A stretch of 64,000 nucleotides of DNA from Methylocystis sp. KS32 (GTDB lineage: Bacteria > Pseudomonadota > Alphaproteobacteria > Rhizobiales > Beijerinckiaceae), in contig PHSQ01000004.1 in the NCBI GenBank assembly GCA_002862095.1, positions 56,261-120,260 of the forward strand. Reading direction: 5' to 3'. A program made the translations under genes and the position numbers. Below the pieces are notes generated by a model. It searched no databases, was not told the origin of the DNA, and was given only the letters and a program-made list of their open reading frames with translations. Shown one piece after another: positions 56,727-64,000 of the stretch. Each line of letters begins with the position of its first letter. The first letter of the stretch is position 1.

Positions 56727-57482
56727 GTGGCAACGACACAACAACGAGATTATTTTGCCGAACATCTACTGCCGGTGGTCGGTAGAAATGCTGAACAACT
56801 CCCCAAGCAGAAACTTACTGGTTTTTTGTCGATGGCGGGACACCTTTACAAAAATGAACTAATGGTTGTAGGTCGGGCCGTCAATGGGTGGGAAGAAGGC
56901 GTTATGCCAAGCGACCTTGCTTCAGCGCGATCAGCGAAGGACTATGCGGAAAAAATTTTTCAAAGCGTAATAGGAAGAAATGGTCAGTGTCCTATGGCCT
57001 GGGTGTCAGATTGTTGGGCTAATCCAGCGAATCCTGAAAGTGATTACAACACCAGAAGATCTGCGTTTTGGAGAGCAATTCGAGGGGTAGTCTCCAAATC
57101 AGGTATCGCCAATACAGACGAAGGAACATGGCCATCCCATCTTGTTTGGTCCAACCTCTACAAAGTTGCTCCAGAGGATGGCGGAAATCCAAGTAACGCC
57201 CTTTGTGAAATTCAATTACCGGGGTGTATTTCTCTTCTTCAGCAAGAAATTTACATTTATCTCCCGCGTCGTTTGTTACTCTTGACCGGCCTAGACTGGG
57301 CAAAACCATTCTTGGAGAATATAGCACCAAATTTTCGTTCGGATTCTGCATACAACTACGTTGAGGCTATCGCTCAAATTGCCCATAGCCCTGGTTGCAC
57401 GTCAAAAGTTGTTGTTGCAGCGCATCCGCAAGGAAGAAATGAGGGTGATTGGGTACAAGACGTCATAAAGGCATTTGAGTGA
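56727..57482 (+). CDS. Uracil-DNA-glycosylase-superfamily-like protein (251 aa), low GC
   Basis: AGGAG RBS with GTG start; LMVVGRAVNGW, WSNLYK, LLLLTG, AAHPQG motifs in UDG-fold order; GC ~38-48% in sampled lines. Confidence 0.7.
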   Translation: MATTQQRDYFAEHLLPVVGRNAEQLPKQKLTGFLSMAGHLYKNELMVVGRAVNGWEEGVMPSDLASARSAKDYAEKIFQSVIGRNGQCPMAWVSDCWANPANPESDYNTRRSAFWRAIRGVVSKSGIANTDEGTWPSHLVWSNLYKVAPEDGGNPSNALCEIQLPGCISLLQQEIYIYLPRRLLLLTGLDWAKPFLENIAPNFRSDSAYNYVEAIAQIAHSPGCTSKVVVAAHPQGRNEGDWVQDVIKAFE

Positions 57483-57552
57483 GGCTTATCCCATATTCCA
57501 TATTATATTACGCACATCATATTACGTATTACGGTGACACGCCCCGTATTGC

Positions 57553-57756
57553 AATTACGGTGACACGCCCGTCTTTCCCCTTTAAATAGCCGATACAACT
57601 CCTAATCGCCCGCCTCGAAAAACACGGTTGCGCGCCGATTGCCACGCTGGGCGACATGATGCGGAAGGCCGAGGACAACGATAGGGGCGATGCGGGTCAT
57701 ATATTCTCGGTAGCATCGAACAGATATAAGGTAAATACGGTCGTGTCACCGTAATT
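57553..57756. repeat. ~205-bp direct repeat, copy 2 (MITE-like)
   Basis: Begins AATTACGGTGACACG, ends CGTGTCACCGTAATT (perfect 15-bp TIR); same orientation as copy 1. Confidence 0.92.
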
Positions 57757-57983
57757 TTGGCGTGTCACCGTAATTACCGTAATTGCCTGTCACCGTAATT
57801 GCCCCGTAATTGGGGCGTGTCACCGTAATTCGTAATTCCGATCATGCTTGGAGCGGGCGAAAGTCCGACTCCGTCAATGACACCACCATTCTGGGGGAGG
57901 ACCACTCCGCCGCAAAGCCCTGCGCTACACTTTCGCCCGCGCCTGCTTTATAGGGAGGGAAACTTGGGCCAGGGAGCGCCCCG

Positions 57984-58496
57984 ATGTTCGACGCGCTTAA
58001 GGATTTTCTTTCCGAATTGGGTGGCGGCGGGACGCCGGCGAGGCAGTTCGAGGCGAGCGACTATCGTCTGGCGGCCGCTGCGCTGCTCGTGCATATCGCC
58101 ACCATCGACGGCGAGTTCGACACCAAGGAGCAGGAGCGTCTTCAGGCGATCGTCGAGAGTCGTTTCGGGCTGGATCGAGCCGCCGCGCGAGAATTGATCG
58201 CGCACGCCGCCGAGAGCGAGCGAGACGCGGTCGATCTCTTCCGATTCACAAGTGTCTTGAAGCGCATGTTGGATCAAGAAGGCCGCAAGCAGGTCGTCGC
58301 CATGTTGTGGGAGATGGCCTATGCCGATGGCTCGGTCCACGAGTTTGAAGAAAACGTGGTTTGGCGGGTCGCGGAATTGCTCGGCGTTTCGACGCGCGAT
58401 CGGATGATGTTGCGCAAGGACGCCCGGGAGGACGCCGCCACCCATGACGCTGACGCCAATAAAAATTCTGTTCCTGGTCCCTGGTCTAAGTCCTGA
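57984..58496 (+). CDS. TerB-family protein
   Basis: AALLVHIATIDG....E, RFGLD, DLFRFTS, MLWEMAYADG..HEFEENVVWRVAELLGV. Confidence 0.88.
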   Translation: MFDALKDFLSELGGGGTPARQFEASDYRLAAAALLVHIATIDGEFDTKEQERLQAIVESRFGLDRAAARELIAHAAESERDAVDLFRFTSVLKRMLDQEGRKQVVAMLWEMAYADGSVHEFEENVVWRVAELLGVSTRDRMMLRKDAREDAATHDADANKNSVPGPWSKS

Positions 58497-58529
58497 AGGG
58501 ATCGCCTGCGCTTTAGAGGGATTTTCTGA

Positions 58530-59330
58530 ATGAACGAGCTAGGCATGAGCCCGAGAAGGGCTACCATCGTCACCGGCGCGTCTGAAGGAATAGGCGCGGA
58601 ACTCGCCCGCGTCTTTGCTTGGAAAGGCCATGAGGTCGTGCTCGTGGCGCGCCGTCGCGAGAAACTCGAGGCGCTCGCGTCCGAGATTTGTTCGAAAGGC
58701 GGCAAGGCCCATGTCGTGGAACTCGATCTTTGTGGCGAGGGCGCCATCGACGTTTTGGAAAAGGCTTTGGAGCAAGCCGGGCTCACGCCCGAAATTCTCG
58801 TCAACAACGCCGGCTTCGGCTTGATCGGTCCGACGGCGAAGCTCGACCAAGCCGAGCAACTGGCGATGGTCGATTTGAACGTCGGGGCGCTGACGGCGCT
58901 GACGTTGCGCTTTCTCAAACCGATTATCGCGACGAGAGGGGCGGTTTTGAACGTCGCCTCCATCGCCGCTTTCATGCCGGGTCCGAACTTCGCGATTTAT
59001 TACGCGACCAAGGCCTATGTCCGATCCTTCAGCGAGGCGCTCGCGGAGGAGATGGCGCCGCTGGGCGTAAAGGTCTCGTGCCTTTGTCCAGGGCCGGTCG
59101 TGACCGGGTTCCAGGCTCGCGCCGGGTTCGATTTCTCGGGGGCGATGTCCGCGATGAAGGCGTCGCTCGTTTCGGCCGAAGAGGTGGCGCGGCAGGGCTA
59201 TGAAGGGTTAGTCGCCGGCAAACGTGTCGTGATCCCCGGCGCGATGAACAAGTTTACCGTCGCCTTCGCGCGTCTTGCGCCTCGGGCGGTCCTGATGCCC
59301 ATCCTGGCGTTCGCCCAGAATGGCCGCTGA
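58530..59330 (+). CDS. Short-chain dehydrogenase/reductase
   Basis: TGASEGIG, NNAGFG, ASIAAF, YYATK (YxxxK), CPGPV.T. Confidence 0.93.
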   Translation: MNELGMSPRRATIVTGASEGIGAELARVFAWKGHEVVLVARRREKLEALASEICSKGGKAHVVELDLCGEGAIDVLEKALEQAGLTPEILVNNAGFGLIGPTAKLDQAEQLAMVDLNVGALTALTLRFLKPIIATRGAVLNVASIAAFMPGPNFAIYYATKAYVRSFSEALAEEMAPLGVKVSCLCPGPVVTGFQARAGFDFSGAMSAMKASLVSAEEVARQGYEGLVAGKRVVIPGAMNKFTVAFARLAPRAVLMPILAFAQNGR

Positions 59331-59331
59331 G

Positions 59332-59372
59332 CAAAAAGAAACAGGAGCGGAATCGTCTAGCGATTCCGCTCC
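59332..59372 (-). terminator. Intrinsic terminator (rpmF; possibly bidirectional)
   Basis: 12-bp perfect stem GGAGCGGAATCG-TCTAG-CGATTCCGCTCC with an A-rich left flank (U tail on the minus strand). Confidence 0.72.
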
Positions 59373-59408
59373 TTAACGTTCTATCGATGCGGACGCGGCG
59401 CGCCGCGG

Positions 59409-59597
59409 TTAAGCTTCCTGCGATTTGACCTTGAGCACCTGACGGCCACGATACATGCCGCTCTTCAGGTCAATGTGATGCGGACGACGCAACTCGCCGG
59501 AATCCTTGTCCTCGACATAGGTCGGCGCCTGGAGGGCGTCGGCGGAGCGGCGGAAACCGCGCTTCATCGGCGAGGTTTTTCTTTTCGGAACGGCCAT
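59409..59597 (-). CDS. rpmF: 50S ribosomal protein L32 (Zn-free type)
   Basis: [36 protein letters not shown]. Confidence 0.96.
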   Translation of the reverse strand: MAVPKRKTSPMKRGFRRSADALQAPTYVEDKDSGELRRPHHIDLKSGMYRGRQVLKVKSQEA

Positions 59598-59856
59598 TTA
59601 TCACTTCTCCAATAGTCCTTGTGCGCACGGCGGCGGCGCGCGAGGCGGAAACTCGAAAGGGCGGATACACCAAAACGACGACCGTGGCTAGGGGGCCGAT
59701 CCGGCGACGCCAGCAATATCGCTAACGGCTCGATTCGGGCAACCATCGCGATCGGTGATGTATCGTTCGCCATCAGCATTTATCATGGATTCGACGATCC
59801 GTTTCGTTATTTTGGCGGCGAAAGCGCGGGAAGTGAAGGGCGTGAAAGGCCGGAGA

Positions 59857-60734
59857 ATGGGGCTGTCGCTCGCGCGAGCGATTATGGCCCTAACAGTTTC
59901 GCTCATGCCGCTTCATGCTCTCGCGCGGGAGCATCAGAGCGGCGCGACGTTCAATACCGAGCACACATTTGGCTTTTCGGAAGGAAGCGATATCGGCGAC
60001 AAAGGCGAGAGCGAGATCGAAGGCGCCACGGTCGGGCGCGTTGGCGCAAGCCAGAGGGTTTAACCTCCTTCACCGATGAGACGTCTTACCGATATGGCTT
60101 GGAGCAGAGCTTCCTGGAGCGCTTTCCGACCAGACGGAATCGTCTGGTAGATTAAGAAATCGCTCCAGATTCAAAAAGCTGGAGCAAAATCTAAAAAAAA
60201 TGTCTATCAACTTTTTCGGATCTTTCCCTAGCCTCTATCGGCGCGATGGTCGATTATTCCAGCATTCACGGTTCGCCGGCTTTGGGCGACAAGACCGGAC
60301 TGGAATATAGCGACGTCTCTACCGAATTCCGCTGGCATTTTCTGGAGCACGACGCCGAGCCCATCGGCCTCGCCCTCTCTTTCGCTCCCAATTGGCGCCG
60401 CACCAACGATTCCGCGCCGGGGCAGGGCGAAAGTTTTTCAATGCCTGTGACGCTGCTTGTCGACAAGGACCTCATTCGCTACCAGCTTTATGCGATCTTC
60501 AACGCGACGTTGGAGCCAACTTTCAATAAGCTCGCGGGAGGGTGGCGCGCCCTGCAGCCGATGGAGCTTTCCGCCGCCGTCATCGCCGCGGTGGGCGTCA
60601 GGATTGTCCTCGGCGGCGAAATCCTCCCCCAACTCTCTCATAACGAGGATGGGATTTTCGCCAGCCGCGCGCTCTATGCGGGTTCCACCCTTCTCGTGAG
60701 GTCGCACCGGGATCTGACGATCAAAGCGGCGTGA
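59857..60734 (+). pseudogene. Disrupted exported/outer-membrane hypothetical protein (TEH.FGFSEGSDIG family)
   Basis: Signal peptide plus FNTEHTFGFSEGSDIGDKGESE; frameshift near 60044-47; MITE at 60117-60228; the frame resumes ASIGAMVDYSSIH..STEFRW. Confidence 0.75.
60117..60228. mobile_element. Second (inverted) copy of MITE unit C
   Basis: First ~75 nt match the reverse complement of 5517-5629 with 2 mismatches; flanked by TG/TA. Confidence 0.85.
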
Positions 60735-60940
60735 ACCGCGCCGCCGCCTATCGAAAACGGTGGGCGTCGGGACCTCGTCAGTTTCGAGAGGCGTCAGGTC
60801 ATCGCGCAATTCGCTTATGGATTCTGACGCCTTTGCCGTGAGAATCCCCCCCCGTCGCGAAGCGGCGAGCGCGTGTCACGGCGACAATCGGGCGAGCAAG
60901 CCAAGGCTGGCGCGGGTGGAAATCGGCCGCGTCACGCCGC

Positions 60941-61804
60941 CTAACCCTGCGTCTGCTCTTTGAGCCACTTCTCCCATTGCTCGTGAGAGCCGTGAAAGGC
61001 GTTCTGGTCGACAGCTCCCGGCACGCCCGGCACGGCGCCGTCGGAGCGATATTGCCAGAAGGTCCATTTGCGGGAGCCGTAACGAACCGTGGGGTGATAT
61101 TTGGTCGAGCGGACCCAGATCGGGTATTCGGAGAGCGCGTCGGAGTGCAGGATCGCCTGATAGAAGTCTACCGAGGAGTAAATGATCGGCTTTTTGCCGT
61201 AATGACGCTCGAGTTCTTCCAGCATCTTCCGCATGTCGGCCAGCACCTCTTCGCGATAGAGCGTGCGTTTGCAGGTTTTTGAAGTCGGCGTGGCTTCGAC
61301 GTCGAGCACGGGCGGGAGGGAGTCGGGCTCCACCGGCACGATGCTTTTGAAATTGCCGATCTCCTCATGCGGTGGGCGGCACCAGTAGACGAAGTGGTAG
61401 GCGCCGTGGGGTATGCCGGCTGCCCGGGCTCCCTCCCAATTGCGCTGAAATTTTGAATCAATGGCGTCGCCGCCCTCCGTCGCCTTTATGAAGGCGAATG
61501 CGACGCCGGAGTCCTTCGCCTGCTGCCAGTCGATGTCGCCCTGATATTTGGAGACGTCGATCCCGTGGACGGCGTAATGGGCGCTGAGGGTAGCCGGATA
61601 ATTGGGGAGATCCGACTCCGGCACCGCATAGGCGAGGAAGTCGGGGTCGCGTTTGGCGTGACTGAGCGGGGCGCTGGTGGAGAAGCGGGGCGAGCGATAG
61701 CTGTAGGAAGGATCTATGCCGCTTCCGCAGGAGGCCAGCAGGCTGGCGGCCACGAGGGACCCTGTCAGGAGAGACAACGGTCGGGAAATGTTCAAGGCGC
61801 GCAT
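60941..61804 (-). CDS. GH25 lysozyme-family lipoprotein
   Basis: Lipobox LLASC; HGIDVSKYQG, FIKATEG, GAYHF, PPVLDVE, WTFWQY, VDQNAF. Confidence 0.92.
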   Translation of the reverse strand: MRALNISRPLSLLTGSLVAASLLASCGSGIDPSYSYRSPRFSTSAPLSHAKRDPDFLAYAVPESDLPNYPATLSAHYAVHGIDVSKYQGDIDWQQAKDSGVAFAFIKATEGGDAIDSKFQRNWEGARAAGIPHGAYHFVYWCRPPHEEIGNFKSIVPVEPDSLPPVLDVEATPTSKTCKRTLYREEVLADMRKMLEELERHYGKKPIIYSSVDFYQAILHSDALSEYPIWVRSTKYHPTVRYGSRKWTFWQYRSDGAVPGVPGAVDQNAFHGSHEQWEKWLKEQTQG

Positions 61805-61827
61805 TCCCTCAATTTAGAGCCAAAACG

Positions 61828-61842
61828 GTAACGTTGCGTTAA
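61828..61842 (-). promoter_or_regulatory. Possible CtrA-type box upstream of GH25 gene
   Basis: The minus strand reads TTAA-CGCAACG-TTAC, one mismatch to TTAA-N7-TTAA, 24 bp before the start. Confidence 0.4.
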
Positions 61843-61867
61843 AGCCCGGACGCTTCCCAAATCATGC

Positions 61868-63277
61868 TTAATAAAGTTTAAACCACAAGGTTGCGATCGA
61901 AAGAAAGGCCGCATAACCCACAACGTCGGTCACGGTCGTGACGAAGGCCGAGGACGAGACCGCCGGATCGATCCTGAAATGCTCCAGCGTCAGCGGCACC
62001 AGAATGCCTCCAAGAGCTCCCGCGATGAGATTGGCGCTCATCGCGAGCGCCACGACGGGCGCCATGCCGAGGTTTTGAAACCAGTTGGCCGCCACGACTC
62101 CGGTGATGACGCCGAAAGCGGCCCCGTTCAAAGCGCCAGCAGCGAGTTCCCGCAGGATGATTCTCATGGCGTTGGCGCGCGATAGCTCCCGCGTCGCGAG
62201 GGCGCGCACCGCGACCGTCATGGTCTGGGTCGCGGAGTTCCCCCCCTGGCTCGCGACGATGGGGGCGATGACGGCCAGCGCGACCATTTGTTGCAGTTGG
62301 TTTTCGAACAGCCGCAGCACCGAGGAGGCGATGAACGCCGTCCCCAGGTTCACGAGGAGCCATAGAAAACGGCTTTTCGCGATAGTCCAGAAATTGTCGG
62401 AGAGTTCTTCCGACGCATTGACGCCGCCAAGCGCCTTGATTTCCTCGGAGGCCGCCTCCTGGAGAACGTCGACGATATCATCGATGGTTATGACGCCGAC
62501 GAGTCGTTCCGCGTTGTCCACGACGGGAACCGAAACCAGATTATAACGTTCGAAAAGCCGCGCGACCTCGGCGCTTCCGTCCGTCGCCCGCACATGACGG
62601 CGATCGGCCTGCATGATCTCGTCGACCCGCTTGCCCGGCACCGCGCGCACCAGCGCATCGAGAAAGACCGTTCCAAGCAGGCGATAGCCGGGGTCGACGA
62701 CGAAGACCTCGAAGAAATTATCCGGCAGCAGGTCCGGGTCGGTGTTGCGGAAAAAATCGAGCACCTGCCCCGCGGTCCAGAAAGGGGGGACGGCGATCAA
62801 CGTGGATTGCATCAAGCGGCCGGCGCTCTCCTCGGGAAAATCGAGCGAGCGGCGCAACACGACGCGCTCACGCGCGGGCAGCGCTTCAAGAACCTCGGCC
62901 TGCTCGGCCGGCTCTAGCGTCTCGAGGATCGCCACCGCGTCGTCGCTCTCGAGATCGCGGACCGCTTCCGCGAGCGTTTCGACCGGCAATTCCTCGAGAA
63001 TGTCCTCGCGCGTGGTTTCTCCGACCTCGGTCAGGGCCGCGAAGTCGAAATCGGCGCCCATCAGGGCGATCAGGCGAGGGCGGGTCTCGTGATTCAAAAG
63101 CTCCAGCAGCGCGCCGAGATCGGCCTCGTGGAGCTCGCCGACAAGCTCGAGGATCCGCGTCGAATCGTCTTCCGCTACCGCGCGTTCGACCTTGGCGACG
63201 AAATCGGCGAGGGGCTCGCCGGCCTCGCCGCGGAAATTATCCGGCTTGGTCGCGGTTTTTTCATTATCGAAGGTCAT
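61868..63277 (-). CDS. mgtE: Magnesium transporter MgtE
   Basis: N domain, tandem CBS (SAGRLM; LVGVITIDDIVD), ASQGGNSATQT, DPAVSSSAFVTTVTDV. Confidence 0.95.
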   Translation of the reverse strand: MTFDNEKTATKPDNFRGEAGEPLADFVAKVERAVAEDDSTRILELVGELHEADLGALLELLNHETRPRLIALMGADFDFAALTEVGETTREDILEELPVETLAEAVRDLESDDAVAILETLEPAEQAEVLEALPARERVVLRRSLDFPEESAGRLMQSTLIAVPPFWTAGQVLDFFRNTDPDLLPDNFFEVFVVDPGYRLLGTVFLDALVRAVPGKRVDEIMQADRRHVRATDGSAEVARLFERYNLVSVPVVDNAERLVGVITIDDIVDVLQEAASEEIKALGGVNASEELSDNFWTIAKSRFLWLLVNLGTAFIASSVLRLFENQLQQMVALAVIAPIVASQGGNSATQTMTVAVRALATRELSRANAMRIILRELAAGALNGAAFGVITGVVAANWFQNLGMAPVVALAMSANLIAGALGGILVPLTLEHFRIDPAVSSSAFVTTVTDVVGYAAFLSIATLWFKLY

Positions 63278-63346
63278 ACGGGGCCCGCTACGTTTATCCT
63301 TGGGTGCATAGCCCGCGCGCGAGCCAAATCAAAACGGTAAAACGTC

Positions 63347-64000
63347 ATGCTCATAGTCAACCGATTCCTCTTCCTCGCCGGCCTGACGCTGCTTGTCGCC
63401 GGCCCCGCCAGCGCCGCCTCTTCCTGCGGGCCGGACAAGCTCGGAACCTCGCGCGACATCGCCATCGACGGGGGGGAGGGGCTTGCGCTCGGATTGCAAA
63501 GCTATCCGACCACTTTGGCGCTCCATGACCATGAAGTGGTCCTGACCTTCGACGACGGACCGGCGGCGACCACCGCGCAAATCCTCAACGCGCTGGCGGC
63601 GGAATGCGTGCGCGCCACTTTCTTCGCGATCGGCTCCAACGCAGCGGCCATGCCCGCCACCGTCAAGCGCGAGGTATCGGAGGGACATAGCGTCGGCTAC
63701 CATTCCAACACCCATCCAGCCAGGACGCTGCGGCTGATGCCGCTGGAGGCGGCGAAGGCCGACATCGACGCCGGGATCGCCGCAGTGGACAAGGCCGCTT
63801 ACGGCGAGGCGTCGGCAAAGCCGCGGGGACCGTTTTTCCGCTTTCCAGGCTTCGCCGATTCGCCCGCCTTGCTCGACTATGTTCATGCGCGCGGGATGGC
63901 GGTGTTCGGCGCGGACCTATGGGCGTCGGACTGGCAGGCGATGACGCCGCAGAGCGAACTCGCACTGGTGATGGGCCGGCTCGAAAAGCTCGGCAAGGGA
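63347..64000 (+). CDS. Polysaccharide deacetylase (NodB-like), runs off window end
   Basis: ATG 63347; signal peptide; LTFDDGP, ATFF.IG, YHSNTHP, FFRFPG; not in the ORF track because it has no stop in the window. Confidence 0.9.
   Translation, partial: MLIVNRFLFLAGLTLLVAGPASAASSCGPDKLGTSRDIAIDGGEGLALGLQSYPTTLALHDHEVVLTFDDGPAATTAQILNALAAECVRATFFAIGSNAAAMPATVKREVSEGHSVGYHSNTHPARTLRLMPLEAAKADIDAGIAAVDKAAYGEASAKPRGPFFRFPGFADSPALLDYVHARGMAVFGADLWASDWQAMTPQSELALVMGRLEKLGKG

Larger units (their letters stand above)
56167..57842. mobile_element. Non-autonomous composite element (1676 bp) with 20-bp perfect TIRs
   Basis: ATCGGAATTACGAATTACGG (56167-86) is the exact reverse complement of CCGTAATTCGTAATTCCGAT (57823-42); encloses two direct repeats and a low-GC gene; no transposase. 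Confidence 0.75.

Noticed and set aside
57490-57517. Possible XerC/D dif-like site (reverse strand GTGCGTAATATAATATGGAAT)
   Set aside because: Arms and spacer do not fit the 11-6-11 layout; better explained as degenerate ATATTAC stutter of the element end.
57743-57840. CRISPR-like array from recurring GTGTCACCGTAATT
   Set aside because: Repeats are truncated and spacers are only 0-5 nt; no cas genes.
60941-64000. GH25 - mgtE - deacetylase as a cell-wall remodelling locus
   Set aside because: Genes are in different orientations and ordinary individually; no evidence of co-regulation beyond one weak CtrA-like site.

Overview
GC-rich (~60-63% by hand-counted lines) alphaproteobacterial chromosome segment of Hyphomicrobiales type; Methylocystis-like is my inference only. 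The backbone is housekeeping: mrp, a FadL-type outer-membrane channel, TPP riboswitch-thiC, purB, a CorA/ZntB transporter, a complete suf operon, gyrA, coaD, two cyclophilins, queA-orf-tgt-DNA methyltransferase, lpdA, gshB, glnD, grpE, degP plus a two-component pair, pleC-like kinase, pepN, tam, rpmF, GH25 lysozyme, mgtE and a polysaccharide deacetylase. Accessory and unusual items: (1) a 1.68-kb transposase-less element (56167-57842) with perfect 20-bp terminal inverted repeats and two ~205-bp internally inverted-repeat-bounded direct repeats. It has stuttered AATTACG end arrays and carries a low-GC uracil-DNA-glycosylase-fold gene, a candidate Brig1-like anti-phage glycosylase and the best lead in the window. 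(2) Three miniature elements stacked at a single TA inside a nuclease-family remnant (5250-5791); removing them restores the frame. (3) A second copy of one of these miniature elements interrupts another gene at 60.1 kb. (4) A Pls/PosA-type membrane NRPS-like polyamide synthetase. (5) A phage P5/lysozyme-like domain protein split by a Pro-rich insert. (6) Decayed Uma2 and RelE/ParE toxin-antitoxin genes. No tRNA, rRNA or CRISPR array was seen. All family calls come from motif recognition by eye; no database searches were run.
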